A DNA stretch of 64,000 nt from Patescibacteria group bacterium (GCA_041675145.1 JBAYUK010000001.1:11822-75821), one strand, 5' to 3'. Counted from the stretch's first letter, positions 19,054 through 30,542 are shown. Numbers and translations: made by a program. Notes: a model not told the origin generated them from the sequence alone.

Positions 19054-19677
19054 ATGCACATTTCCATGAAGATTGGGCTTGAGCCCGGTCAACAAACCAA
19101 CGACTTGCTGAAAAGGATCGGCAAAGCACAAGTGAGCAAGGTGGAGGCTGGAGATATTGTTATCCAGGAATCTGAACTTTTTTCTCCACTTCTTAAGCCA
19201 TGGTTGGATGAAGTTCCTGTCGAACTGACCAAATGGGTGACCCTCAAGTTTGATATCCTGAGCTACGGAGGAGGCGGTGATCGCTTCATCCAAGGCATCC
19301 ATTACTTTGATGATGGAGCTACCATACTTCAAGTCGGGATGATCAAAGAAGTAGTCCAGGGTTCGAGCACTTACAAGCTGTGCTGTTCGCTCAGGTCTTC
19401 TTCAGTTCATTCAGCTCGAAACACTTTTGCTGCATTCGTTGCGGACCCTCACAGCTTTACCCCATCCAAGGAGTGGCCAAAGCTGGATGTTGTTCCTGGG
19501 ATTGCAAATGACCAGCTGACAGTTTTCCTTCAAGATCAGGGTCTTGCCGCCAGGGTTATCCACGCGTGGGCCTTACGAGCCATTCCTGGCTACGCCTGGT
19601 TCCAAAATATCCGCTACAAGTGGATCAAGCTTCGGGGCGGGAATTACGATAATCTCCCCATTCCCCTCTCCTCCTAA
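19054..19677 (+). CDS. Hypothetical protein (207 aa)
   Basis: AGGAGG 6 nt upstream of the ATG. Preferred over the overlapping antisense ORF 18673..19332. Confidence 0.5.
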   Translation: MHISMKIGLEPGQQTNDLLKRIGKAQVSKVEAGDIVIQESELFSPLLKPWLDEVPVELTKWVTLKFDILSYGGGGDRFIQGIHYFDDGATILQVGMIKEVVQGSSTYKLCCSLRSSSVHSARNTFAAFVADPHSFTPSKEWPKLDVVPGIANDQLTVFLQDQGLAARVIHAWALRAIPGYAWFQNIRYKWIKLRGGNYDNLPIPLSS

Positions 19678-19697
19678 ACAGGATCTCATGAAAACTA

Positions 19698-19729
19698 GAA
19701 CCACCCTCCGGGGTGGTTCTTTGTTTTTG
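19698..19729 (+). terminator. Rho-independent terminator
   Basis: agaaccaccctccggggtggttct hairpin plus a T-run. Same ccaccctccggggtgg core as the 18871 terminator. Confidence 0.65.
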
Positions 19730-19783
19730 TCTCATTTGATTCCTCTTCTTTGGGTGGTATAATAGAGGTAAATTTACCATTTA

Positions 19784-20554
19784 TTGACTGCAATGCCAAG
19801 AATTCTTGCTACGACTCTGTATGATCCGCGCGGTTTTTACCTTCCGATTATCACGAGATGGTTTCCACAAGTGCGCCAACACTTCGATAAGGTTATTGTA
19901 GTGGGAAATGTAAATATGTTTCCTGAGACCAAAGAGTTTTTGCTCTCACATGGTGTTGAGCTTCTAACACTTTCCGAGAATAACATTGGGCATGTGTATC
20001 GTCATGCACTCCATGCTGCTAGTGTATATGGCGATGTTTTATACTGTGACTTAGATCGCGCACTGCACTGGGTGGCATTTTACCCTGAAGAATTTAAAGA
20101 TATGCTAGAGTCAGTTGAAAAGCACGACTGGGTTGTGCTTGAACGATCTAAAAGAGCTTTTAGTTCCCATCATAAGCAGCTAAAACAAACTGAACCTATC
20201 TTTAATGGGGTACTTGATCTCATCACATCGTGGGGTGTGCATGATTATCTATCTGGAGCTTTCTTTATAAAAAAGTCATTAATAAGCTTTTTGACTAATG
20301 ACCTTGAAGGCACAGATCAGTCGTGGTGGGGTGAATACTACTTATCTCTATATAAAAAGAACACGAAACCAGAATTCAAGGCATATGAGGGACTTGAATG
20401 GGAGACCCCGGATCGCTATCAGGTAGGGATAGAAGCAGCTGGCGGATTTGACCAGTGGAAGCAAAATTTAGAGAACAGTGGTCGTGAGTGGGAGAATAGA
20501 GTTAACTTTCTTCAGCAGTTTATCGATGGAGCACTCAAGATTTATCGCAAATAA
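19784..20554 (+). CDS. Hypothetical protein (256 aa)
   Basis: Clean ORF with no recognisable motifs. Confidence 0.5.
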   Translation: MTAMPRILATTLYDPRGFYLPIITRWFPQVRQHFDKVIVVGNVNMFPETKEFLLSHGVELLTLSENNIGHVYRHALHAASVYGDVLYCDLDRALHWVAFYPEEFKDMLESVEKHDWVVLERSKRAFSSHHKQLKQTEPIFNGVLDLITSWGVHDYLSGAFFIKKSLISFLTNDLEGTDQSWWGEYYLSLYKKNTKPEFKAYEGLEWETPDRYQVGIEAAGGFDQWKQNLENSGREWENRVNFLQQFIDGALKIYRK

Positions 20555-20588
20555 AAAAGACCTTTTGATGCGCAGAGGTCAAACTGCG

Positions 20589-21005
20589 TTAGGCTGTAAC
20601 TTTGAATGTTTTTCTTATGAACTCGAGGAAGACGCCGTACGGTCTACCGATTACGGCAGATAAGATCGCAACAGTTGTGCATGCTGTTGCGATTTGTTTT
20701 TGATCAGCCCCAGCGTGTGCGAGCACTACTGCGTATGGTATGACTCGCATAATAACTGAAACCGCGATATCTACCACAGCTTTTTTAATCCAGTCTTCTT
20801 CACCTACCTGCCAGTGTTCCATCCCTAGTTTTCTCAGCCAGGCATAGGGCTTGACCATAACTAGTAAGACAGGAATGGCTGCGAGTCGTGTGTGAAATGT
20901 CTGTGCTATGGTCAGGTGAGAGAGTCCTAGCTCAATTGCGGATCCAAATAATGTGGAAAACACAATCATAGCAATGGTGTCCGCAAGTAATGCGCGGTAC
21001 TTCAC
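20589..21005 (-). CDS. alaE: AlaE-family L-alanine exporter-like small membrane protein
   Basis: 138 aa. 'ADTIAMIVFS...RLAAIPVLLVMVKPY...GADQKQIATACTTVAILSAVIGRPYGVFLEFIRKTFKVT' is co-linear with E. coli AlaE 'ADTFAMVVYC...RLVAIPVNILIAWPY...[39 protein letters not shown]'. Confidence 0.6.
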   Translation of the reverse strand: MKYRALLADTIAMIVFSTLFGSAIELGLSHLTIAQTFHTRLAAIPVLLVMVKPYAWLRKLGMEHWQVGEEDWIKKAVVDIAVSVIMRVIPYAVVLAHAGADQKQIATACTTVAILSAVIGRPYGVFLEFIRKTFKVTA

Positions 21006-21043
21006 GAGGTCCTCCTTTGTGTTTGGATTGGGAATGAGCGAAG

Positions 21044-22699
<1,656 letters not shown>

Positions 22700-22700
<1 letters not shown>

Positions 22701-22922
22701 CAAACGGAAACCCAGTTTTCACTGGGTTTCCTCGGGCGCCTAATGGCGATAATGTATTAATTATACCAACAATACATTATTTAGCAAGTGTGATGTTGCA
22801 AGATAAGTAGACAAACGCAAACCCAGTTTTCACTGGGTCTGCTTAAGCGCCTAATGGCGAAGATATATTTACTATACCTGGTCTATACTATTTGGCAATG
22901 TTATTGTGCCACCTAGACTTGC
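22700..22922. repeat. Two-copy 111-bp tandem duplication of the murA 3' end and terminator hairpin
   Basis: Copies start at 22700 and 22811. Each holds the hairpin aaacccagt-tttc-actgggttt and gcgcctaatggcg. The distal part of copy 2 is the murA coding 3' end, and copy 1 carries a diverged version. Confidence 0.6.
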
Positions 22923-24149
22923 TATTTTATCTGTAAAATGTTCGTATCCCCGTAAGATATGTCCAATGTTTGTAAGTTCTGTTTCTCCTTTTGTAATAAG
23001 GCCAGTAATGGCAAGTGCGCACCCAGCCCGTAAGTCTGTAGATACTACATGTGCTGGATGAAGGATTTTTCCGCCATGAATAGTAATACTTCCCTCTATA
23101 AAAGATATACCTGCCCCCATTTTCAAAAGTTCGTGAGCATAAGCAAAGCGTTGCGGGTAAATGGTTTCTGTAATGGTCGAATCTCCAGGGATAGTAAGTG
23201 CGAGAACTGCAAACAGTGACTGGAGGTCGGTTGCAAGGCCTGGGTATGGCTCGGTTGTAATATTAAAAGGCGTAAGAGTTTCTCCTCGCTTGGCTGTAAT
23301 AGTATTACCAGATACTGAAATCTCACAGCCAACTTCTTTCAAGATATCTAAAACACCTGTAATATGGTCAGGTTCAGTGTCTGTTACGGTTACCTCTCCC
23401 CCACTGGCAAGACCTGCAATAAGGTATGAGATGGTCTCGATACGGTCTGGGATCACACTTACTTCACAGCCTGAAAGGTTTGCAACTCCCGTGATGGTGA
23501 TGGTACTGGTACCGATCCCCTCTATCTGCGCGCCCATCGCAACAAGCATGGTGGCCAGTTGAACACATTCAGGTTCACGGGCTGCATCATGTATGGTAGT
23601 TATTCCCTGAGCAAGAACTGCTGCCATCATGACATTATCTGTTCCAAGAACAGTTGGTCCCATGGGGCCAGAAAGTGTAATTTCTGATCCAATCAGCTTC
23701 TCTGTATGGGCATAAATTTCCTGGTCTTTTTGATCAATAATAGCGCCAAGCTGTTTCATGCCAAAGAGATGAAGGTCAACCGGGCGTTCTCCAAATGAGC
23801 AACCACCAGGAAGTGAAAGAGTCGCCTCTCCACAGCGAGCAAGTAAGGGCCCTAAGATAATAATTGAGGCACGCATCTTCTCGATCAAGTGGGCAGGGGC
23901 AATCGAGCGTAATGGTTGTTCTTGGGTAATAATAGCGGTACCATCTATAAGCTCCACTTTTTTTCCAAGTGAGGTTAAGAGTTCTACTAAGACAGCGGTA
24001 TCAGAAAGATCTGGTACACGGTGAATCGTAACGGGTTCGTCAGTTAAAAGGGATGCAATCATAACAGGCTCAAGCCCATTTTTTGAGCCTTGAGCCTGTA
24101 TGGTTCCTGAGATCGTTTGTCCTCCTACAATATGGAAAGAGGGTGTCAT
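22872..24149 (-). CDS. murA: UDP-N-acetylglucosamine 1-carboxyvinyltransferase
   Basis: 425 aa. 'HIVGGQTISGTIQAQGSKNGLEPVMIASLLTDEPVTIHRVPDLSDT' is a typical MurA N-terminus, and the EPSP-synthase-like repeats are present. Confidence 0.9.
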   Translation of the reverse strand: MTPSFHIVGGQTISGTIQAQGSKNGLEPVMIASLLTDEPVTIHRVPDLSDTAVLVELLTSLGKKVELIDGTAIITQEQPLRSIAPAHLIEKMRASIIILGPLLARCGEATLSLPGGCSFGERPVDLHLFGMKQLGAIIDQKDQEIYAHTEKLIGSEITLSGPMGPTVLGTDNVMMAAVLAQGITTIHDAAREPECVQLATMLVAMGAQIEGIGTSTITITGVANLSGCEVSVIPDRIETISYLIAGLASGGEVTVTDTEPDHITGVLDILKEVGCEISVSGNTITAKRGETLTPFNITTEPYPGLATDLQSLFAVLALTIPGDSTITETIYPQRFAYAHELLKMGAGISFIEGSITIHGGKILHPAHVVSTDLRAGCALAITGLITKGETELTNIGHILRGYEHFTDKIASLGGTITLPNSIDQV

Positions 24150-24152
24150 GGT

Positions 24153-25472
24153 TTATTTATAGCTTCGTTTGAATCCGCCGGGACGACTTGGACGAGAAAA
24201 GTTTCGACCAGGACCGCTTGGCCCTCGGCCTCCAGAACTTGGACGAGATGATGATGAGCGACCTGCGCCACCAAACGAACGACCACCAGAACGAGGTCCT
24301 GACTCAAAGTCGCGACTGGTTGGAAGTGGCTTTCTCTTTGGTGGGAGCTCTTTAGGTAGTGAAATGATCGGGATCATTTTTTTAATCAACTTTTCAATAG
24401 TAACTACGGTGCGGCGCTCGCCTCCTGCAGCAAAAGAAATGGCACGGCCAGTACTACCTGCGCGACCAGTTCGTCCAATACGGTGAACATAGTCTTCTGG
24501 GTTTTCAGGGAGATCGTAGTTAATAACAATGGAGATGTCTTTCACATCAATACCACGAGCAGCAATATCTGTTGCTACTAAGATACGGTATTTACCGCTC
24601 TTAAAACCATCGAGTGCCTCACGGCGCTGAGCAAGAGACCGGTTTGAGTGAATTTCAGCTGAGGTGTGGCCGAGGTGACGGATTTCTGCTGCGATTTTTT
24701 TAGCACCAAACTTAGTACGAGTAAAGATAAGTACTGTTCCCTGGTTCTCGTAGAGCAAGTGCTCGAGTAGCTGCATCTTGGTATCGCGGTCGGCAACATA
24801 GATTTCTTGAATAACATTAGCATTAGCAGTTCCTGCTGGCGCTACTTCAATACGAAGTGGCGTCTTCATGTGGTGTGCTGCAATCTGTGCAATTTCCGCC
24901 GGCATGGTTGCTGAGAAGAGCAATGTTTGGTGAGTTGGTGGAGCAAGACTTAAAATTTCTTTAATCTGCTTCATGAATCCGATATCAAACATGCGGTCGG
25001 CTTCATCTAGTACAATCATAGAAACTTTATTCAGATTGTAGTTTCTGTGTTGAATATGGTCAGCAAGACGCCCTGGTGTTGCAATCACGATATTTGGCTC
25101 ACGACGGAGTGCCGCAATCTGTGGGCCTTGTGCCGCACCACCAATAATAACGGCAGTTTTAAGCCCTAAGGGACGACCAATCTTTTGCATCGTTTCCTCT
25201 ACCTGGAGGGCGAGCTCACGAGTTGGTACGAGAACCAGTCCCTGGTCTTTCGTATCAATAAGCTTCTGGATCATCGGAATTCCAAAAGCTAGTGTTTTAC
25301 CGGTTCCGGTTTGGGCAATACCAACGAGATCTTTCCCATCAATGGCATGCGGAATAACCTGACCTTGGATCGGGGTAGGAGTAGTAAAGTACTTTGCTAA
25401 GATATCCTTAATATCTGGATCTATTGGGAGATCCATAAACGATACATTGTTCGCGTTTTTTTCCTGTGTCAT
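24153..25472 (-). CDS. DEAD-box ATP-dependent RNA helicase
   Basis: Q-motif 'TPIQGQ', Walker A 'AQTGTGKT', and DEAD, SAT and HRIGRTGRAG motifs. Has an RG/S-rich C-terminal tail. Confidence 0.9.
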   Translation of the reverse strand: MTQEKNANNVSFMDLPIDPDIKDILAKYFTTPTPIQGQVIPHAIDGKDLVGIAQTGTGKTLAFGIPMIQKLIDTKDQGLVLVPTRELALQVEETMQKIGRPLGLKTAVIIGGAAQGPQIAALRREPNIVIATPGRLADHIQHRNYNLNKVSMIVLDEADRMFDIGFMKQIKEILSLAPPTHQTLLFSATMPAEIAQIAAHHMKTPLRIEVAPAGTANANVIQEIYVADRDTKMQLLEHLLYENQGTVLIFTRTKFGAKKIAAEIRHLGHTSAEIHSNRSLAQRREALDGFKSGKYRILVATDIAARGIDVKDISIVINYDLPENPEDYVHRIGRTGRAGSTGRAISFAAGGERRTVVTIEKLIKKMIPIISLPKELPPKRKPLPTSRDFESGPRSGGRSFGGAGRSSSSRPSSGGRGPSGPGRNFSRPSRPGGFKRSYK

Positions 25473-25692
25473 AGTAAGTAACTGGTTGGATTATCTCCAA
25501 CCAACATGCGCCTTACGCATAAAAATTAAGCGACCCGTTATTTCTGCTGGGTCACTCACATGACACATAGATACGAGTCCATGACGGTAACCGTCTTGTA
25601 TAATGTACTAATCATAGCATGAACCAGGTTATTTGTCAAACAAAAAAGAGCCACATGAATGTGGCCCTCTAAATGCGAACTTGTTGGACGAT

Positions 25693-27015
25693 TTATTTCA
25701 TAACAACCTTTAGTGCCTCATCAAAGACACTGAAGCAGTTAATGATTTCGTCTTTGCTGACTGAAAGTGGTGGTTGAAAACGAATGACATGACTGAACCC
25801 AAGAGTGCTCACTGTCAGAACATCACGGGCAAAGCACTCCTTGATAAACTTCATAGCTGTGTCTTCATTCGGAAGTTCAATTCCCCCTAAAAGACCAAGA
25901 CTTCTCACTGCAACTGCTGGGTGATTGCCATTGAGCTGGGAAAGACAGGTCGTCAGGGTTTCTCCCATTTCTTCTGCGTGTGAAACCAGGTTTTTCTCGT
26001 CGATTTCTCGCAGGGTGGCTAAGCCAACTGCGCTAGAAAAAGGGTTGCCCCAAAATGTATTGAGGTAAGAGGAGTAAGTATCAGCGTCCCCGTATTCCTT
26101 TTCCCAGATGCTTGTCTTAACAAGCATTGCGGCGGAAGGAACATAGTCACCTGACAGGCACTTAGAAAGAAGGATCATGTCAGGGATCACCTCTTCTTCA
26201 TGTTCGGTGGCAAACCACTTCCCTGTCCTGCCTAGTCCTGTTTGAATTTCATCCATGATAAGCAGGATATTGAACTCCTCGCATAATCCTGCGATTTCTT
26301 GGATATATCCAGGAGCGTATGGGATAACACCTCCTTCTGCTCGGATAGGTTCCATGATGATAGCTGCCAGTCTTCCGGCATTTTTTCCGATAACTTCAGC
26401 AAGGTTTTCCGTCTCCTCTGGAAGAACAAGAATATTGTTCTTAAGCAAGGGCAGTCCCGGTCTCTGGATCTTTTTGTTGATAGTGACAGACAGTGCTCCG
26501 GTGCTTTTGCCGTGAAAGCCTCGAGGAACACACCCAATCAGGACTTGGTCTGGATCTTCTTTGATGGCTGGCTTTTTTCGGTAGGCATGCAAGCATGCAA
26601 GTTGAAGGGCAGCTTCAACCATTGCAGATCCAGATACCCCTAAGTTAATTGCATAGTCACGATTGAAGATTGTTCTGCCGAGCCTATAGAGCGCATCTAG
26701 GAGCCCAATGGTGGATTCTTTGAATATCACCTGGGACATTGATGACCCAGGGATAAGCAGAGGGATGAGGGCGTTTTGCACTGCAGTGTTGCCGTGCCCA
26801 AGTCCTGATGCTCCAAAGGAGCAATAGGCGTCGAAAACTTTCTTCAGGTTTCCTTGCCAGTCCCTTACCATCAGTTCACATCCGTTTCCCGAGACCAGGG
26901 TCACATTCAGGCCAACGCCAGCAAGAACCATAGTGAAGGCTCTGTGACCTGTGCGGGTCATGACCTCAATGGGGTTTAAGGTTTGTTGTGTCGCTGGAAA
27001 TATGCGTTGATGCAT
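25693..27015 (-). CDS. Class-III PLP-dependent aminotransferase family protein
   Basis: 'IMDEIQTGLGRTGKWFA' and 'LLSKCLSGD' (PLP lysine) motifs. Terminator hairpin gggccacattcatgtggctc plus T6 downstream on the minus strand. Confidence 0.8.
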   Translation of the reverse strand: MHQRIFPATQQTLNPIEVMTRTGHRAFTMVLAGVGLNVTLVSGNGCELMVRDWQGNLKKVFDAYCSFGASGLGHGNTAVQNALIPLLIPGSSMSQVIFKESTIGLLDALYRLGRTIFNRDYAINLGVSGSAMVEAALQLACLHAYRKKPAIKEDPDQVLIGCVPRGFHGKSTGALSVTINKKIQRPGLPLLKNNILVLPEETENLAEVIGKNAGRLAAIIMEPIRAEGGVIPYAPGYIQEIAGLCEEFNILLIMDEIQTGLGRTGKWFATEHEEEVIPDMILLSKCLSGDYVPSAAMLVKTSIWEKEYGDADTYSSYLNTFWGNPFSSAVGLATLREIDEKNLVSHAEEMGETLTTCLSQLNGNHPAVAVRSLGLLGGIELPNEDTAMKFIKECFARDVLTVSTLGFSHVIRFQPPLSVSKDEIINCFSVFDEALKVVMK

Positions 27016-27146
27016 ACTCCCTCCTTTCTTTCCTTTTTGATTGTGGTGTTTGATTTGTCGAAGGGCATTTGCCTTTGAGACTCCCCTAGTATATCAAAAA
27101 AGCCCCTGATTTGCATCAGAGGCTTTTGATTTTCCTAGTTTCAAGA

Positions 27147-27581
27147 TTATTTACGCTTCTTCTTTGCTTTTGCTTTCGCCTTTGGAGCTGCCTTCTTGGT
27201 AGCTTTGCGCTTTGCTGTCTTTTTCTTTGGCATTTCCATCATCATATCTCCCATCATGTGCATGTTGTGATCCATAGCGGTCTCACCTTCAAAACAACAG
27301 CTACCGTCTGAACAATCACGGCAGTGTGGGAAGAACATCCCAATAAGGTATCCAAGAGCGTATCCAACTATTGCCGTAAAGACAACGAGCATCAAGGCAG
27401 AGATTACATCGAATGGTCCTACAGTATAGGCAAGACTAATCATGTGCAAAGATAATACCCAGTCCATAATTGGCTTTGCGATACCGAGTGCTACAAGGAT
27501 AGCCCACATAAGGTGAAGTCCTGAGAGTAGCCCAGCACCAACGAGCCCCGTGCGATTTGGAGAACAGTTATGCATGTACAT
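27147..27581 (-). CDS. Membrane protein with a Cys cluster, a Met/His-rich segment and a Lys-rich tail
   Basis: About 3 TM, then 'PHCRDCSDGSCCFEGETAMDHNMHMMGDMMMEM' and 'KKKTAKRKATKKAAPKAKAKAKKKRK'. Confidence 0.5.
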   Translation of the reverse strand: MYMHNCSPNRTGLVGAGLLSGLHLMWAILVALGIAKPIMDWVLSLHMISLAYTVGPFDVISALMLVVFTAIVGYALGYLIGMFFPHCRDCSDGSCCFEGETAMDHNMHMMGDMMMEMPKKKTAKRKATKKAAPKAKAKAKKKRK

Positions 27582-27637
27582 GTGTGTTTGTGTTTAAATA
27601 CTATTACAATTAATTTGGCATACTTTCAAACCTTTGT

Positions 27638-27670
27638 CAACAATAACAAAAATCCGCCCGGAGGCGGATT
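27638..27670 (-). terminator. Rho-independent terminator downstream of rplL
   Basis: On the minus strand: aatccgcc-tccg-ggcggatt followed by tttgttattg. Confidence 0.6.
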
Positions 27671-27693
27671 CTCGTTAAAGTGATTTTTTAAAA

Positions 27694-28098
27694 TTACTTT
27701 AGGGTAACAGTACCACCAGCTTCAGTAAGCTTTGCCTTGATAGTTTCTGCTTCTTCTTTCTTTACATTCTCTTTGATGACCTTTGGAGCACCGTCAACAA
27801 GATCCTTTGCCTCTTTAAGGCCAAGCTCTGGCATTACTTCACGAATTGCCTTAATAACACCGATCTTGTTTTCGCCTGATGCAGTAAGTTCAACGTTGAA
27901 TGATGACTTCTCTTCTGCTGGAGCTGCGTCTACTGCGCCTGCTGCTGGACCTGCCATCATCATAGGAGCTGCTGCTGAAACACCAAACTTTTCTTCAAGT
28001 GCTGAAACGAGGTCAGCAACATCAATCAATTTCAACTTTTCGATTTCTTCAACCAACTTAGTTACTTCCTTTGAATACTCTTTTTTCTCGTCTGACAT
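27694..28098 (-). CDS. rplL: 50S ribosomal protein L7/L12
   Basis: 134 aa with an Ala/Pro hinge and C-terminus '[14 protein letters not shown]'. Confidence 0.95.
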   Translation of the reverse strand: MSDEKKEYSKEVTKLVEEIEKLKLIDVADLVSALEEKFGVSAAAPMMMAGPAAGAVDAAPAEEKSSFNVELTASGENKIGVIKAIREVMPELGLKEAKDLVDGAPKVIKENVKKEEAETIKAKLTEAGGTVTLK

Positions 28099-28124
28099 AA
28101 AATCTCCTTATTTCTAATTACTAA

Positions 28125-28643
28125 TTATGCTGTTTTCTCACTAATTGCTTTAAGAGCGCGTACCAGTCCAGATGCCGGATTGTTGATGGTGCGAACAAGC
28201 TTGGTTCCAGGGTTCTGAAGGACACCAAGGAGTTTTGCGATCAATTCTTCCTTGCTTGGAATATCTGCGAGCTTCTCGATCTGAGACTTCGTTAAAAACT
28301 TACCATCGGCAAATCCACCGAGGATTTTGAGACTTGGGTTCTTCTTCGTAATCGCCTTAATGGCTTTGGGAATAGTAACCTCATCTTCAAATCCGTATGC
28401 CATAGCGAGCGCTGCTTTGTTTACAATCTGCTCAACAGTTGCTTTATCGCCGAAAGCGATTTCAGCTAGTGTTGATTTGGTGATTGCAAAGTTACCGCCT
28501 TGCTCTTTAATACCACGGCGTAGTGACTCCAAGTCCCCTACCTTCATACCTTTATAGTCGGTAAAAACGATAGCCTTAGACTTTGAAATATCTGATTTAA
28601 CCTTGGCTAAATCCGCGTCTTTTTGTGCTTTACTTTTTGCCAT
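28125..28643 (-). CDS. rplJ: 50S ribosomal protein L10
   Basis: 172 aa with 'AIVFTDYKGMKVGDLESLRR'. Located upstream of rplL. Confidence 0.9.
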   Translation of the reverse strand: MAKSKAQKDADLAKVKSDISKSKAIVFTDYKGMKVGDLESLRRGIKEQGGNFAITKSTLAEIAFGDKATVEQIVNKAALAMAYGFEDEVTIPKAIKAITKKNPSLKILGGFADGKFLTKSQIEKLADIPSKEELIAKLLGVLQNPGTKLVRTINNPASGLVRALKAISEKTA

Positions 28644-28858
28644 GTATCTCCTTTGCGCATTAAAAAATCTGCGTTATCCGCAGACATAATCAAAAGTCGA
28701 CCTGTGACTCTTTTGATTCCTGCACAGGATTTATCCCTTTCGGGTACCGGTGGTCTGGGGAAACTATGTGGTAATTATAACGCATGAATGGGGTATTAGT
28801 CAATATCTAGTAGAGCACTCCCCTCCTATGGTATAGTCCGGGTATACGCACCTGAATA
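28644..28858 (-). promoter_or_regulatory. 5' leader of rplJ-rplL, possible L10 autoregulatory leader
   Basis: A ~215-nt untranslated region upstream of rplJ with several stem-loops, for example gataacgcagatt and caggaatcaaaagagtcacagg. Assigned by position only. Confidence 0.3.
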
Positions 28859-28922
28859 TTGCAGACACACAAAAAACTACTGGGCACTACGCTTACTACA
28901 AGGAGGCTTGCTTTGAATAATG

Positions 28923-29440
28923 ACTTCCCCGGCACATCCCTTATACTCGGTATAGGGGTAGACCATAGCATTGGTAATGCTGGTGCATCCCCGTTGTGGC
29001 AACACACCAGCCAGCAGATTGAACTGGTTCGGTTTTTAACCGGATCAAGTAAAGAAAAAGGCGTGGTTGTTATTGGAGAAAACGCCTGGTCATTAGCCAA
29101 AGAAGCAGACCACGATCTGCCATGGGATTGCCCTACCATAGTTCTCAGTCAAAACCGGAAATTCACCCTTGAGAAATCTGAAGGCAAAGTTGCCCGCAGC
29201 TTAGCCGGGGTGAAAAAACTCGCCGGCAAGGATCGTCGAATCTGGGTGGTAGGTGGTTACGAAACGTTTGTCAGTTTCCTGCCACATGCCACGATGCTGT
29301 ATGTCAACATCTACCCCGTATCTCTGGGTGGTGACCTGAAGTTCATTCCCTCAGCTCTTCACTGGAACCAGTCAGGTGCCGGCAATATGTTTGCTGAGTA
29401 TGGCACCAAAACACTCACCTTCGCTCGGAATTCAATTTGA
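28923..29440 (+). CDS. Dihydrofolate reductase-family protein (divergent second copy)
   Basis: ORF 28859..29440. Likely TTG start at about 28923 with AGGAGG 6 nt upstream. 'LILGIGVDHSIGNAGASPLW', 'VVVIGENAWSL' and 'RIWVVGGYETFVSFLPHATMLYVNIYPVSLGGDLKFIP' follow the DHFR pattern (IGxxNxLPW, VIMGRxTWESI, VIGGxxxYxxxLP...LYLTxI...GDTxFP). Confidence 0.55.
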
Positions 29441-29457
29441 GCGTTTCACCGAAATGG

Positions 29458-29488
29458 GACCCGCACACTTTGTGTTGCGGGTTTTTTG
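29458..29488 (+). terminator. Rho-independent terminator
   Basis: acccgcacactttgtgttgcgggt plus T6. Confidence 0.65.
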
Positions 29489-29600
29489 TTGTGTAAATTT
29501 GTGTATACCAAGCTAAAATGTTATACTATATTTGCTAACAAAGCACAGTGAACCTGTAAAACTAGCACACAAAAATTTCTTCGCCTAAGGAGGGCACAAC

Positions 29601-30533
29601 ATGTTTACGTATCAGAAAGGCCTAAAGAAGGTGCACAAAAAAGGCATCATTAAAAAAGGACCGCAAGCGCATCCGACCTATTTCTACCCTGGGGTTGAGA
29701 TGCGATTCAACTTGAGAAGGGGCTTCCCTCTTCTCACTATTCGCAGCCTCAAAGGAAGTTGGAACGCCATTATTTCGGAGTTGCTCTGGATTCTATCTGG
29801 TAGCACCAACGCCTATGAGCTGCGAGACAATTATGGCGTTAAACAGCTTTGGCAAAACTATATTGGTCCATGCACTGCACTGCACGCCAAAAACAGGTAC
29901 AAGGGGCGTGCTCCAGGTGAGCTTGGGCCAATTTATGGTCACCAAATGAGAAATCATGGTGCTACCATGAGAAAAGACGGAACATTCAAAAACGATGGCC
30001 TTGATCAGCTCAACATGATTGTTCAGATGCTGAAGGTTATGCCCGAGAATCGTCGCATCATGGCTACCACTTGGAACCTTCGGGATTGCAATGATGATAA
30101 GGATGTGACGAAGGAGAAGACCTACATCGTTCCTTGTCATGGGTCTCAACTCCACTTTTCTGCTCCACAGGATCCAGGGAACCCTAAGCGGCGTCTTCTC
30201 AACCTTGTGCACTTCCAAAGGTCTGGAGATATGCCAATCGGCATTCCGTTTAACATCGCCGAATATGCACTGCTGATGTTTCTGATCGGCAAGATCACTG
30301 GTTATGTGCCGAATGAACTGATTCACTTTGTGTCAGACGCACAGATCTACAGTAACCAAGTTCCGTGGATTGATCCACTGCTGGCGCCGAAACCTTTGGC
30401 TTTGCCAACAGTGACCGTCCCGGATATTTCAGATCTAAGTATTGGAACCATCAAGGAGCTCAAAGCATCTGACTTTGGACTTCATGATTACAACCCGCAT
30501 CCGGCGATTAAAGACATCCCGGTAGAACTGTAA
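29601..30533 (+). CDS. thyA: Thymidylate synthase (ThyA family)
   Basis: 'MRFNLRRGFPLLTIRSL', 'ISELLWILSGSTN', 'LGPIYGHQMRNHG', active-site 'IVPCHGSQ', and 'IPFNIAEYALL' with the uracil-specifying Asn. AAGGAGGG RBS upstream. Confidence 0.85.
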   Translation: MFTYQKGLKKVHKKGIIKKGPQAHPTYFYPGVEMRFNLRRGFPLLTIRSLKGSWNAIISELLWILSGSTNAYELRDNYGVKQLWQNYIGPCTALHAKNRYKGRAPGELGPIYGHQMRNHGATMRKDGTFKNDGLDQLNMIVQMLKVMPENRRIMATTWNLRDCNDDKDVTKEKTYIVPCHGSQLHFSAPQDPGNPKRRLLNLVHFQRSGDMPIGIPFNIAEYALLMFLIGKITGYVPNELIHFVSDAQIYSNQVPWIDPLLAPKPLALPTVTVPDISDLSIGTIKELKASDFGLHDYNPHPAIKDIPVEL

Positions 30534-30542
30534 GGAGGCTCT

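Noticed and set aside
18673-19332. 219-aa ORF on the minus strand overlapping both 18346..18831 and 19054..19677
   Set aside because: Arg/Cys/His-rich composition atypical for this genome and no RBS. The + strand ORF at 19054 has a strong AGGAGG RBS and the + gene at 18346 ends in a clean terminator. Judged an antisense artefact.
29601-30533. Possibility that the ThyA homolog is a dUMP/dCMP hydroxymethylase (hypermodified base pathway)
   Set aside because: The uracil-specifying Asn in 'PFNIAEY' and the Cys-His nucleophile are conserved as in canonical ThyA. Nothing in the sequence forces a hydroxymethylase call. Cannot be excluded without biochemistry.
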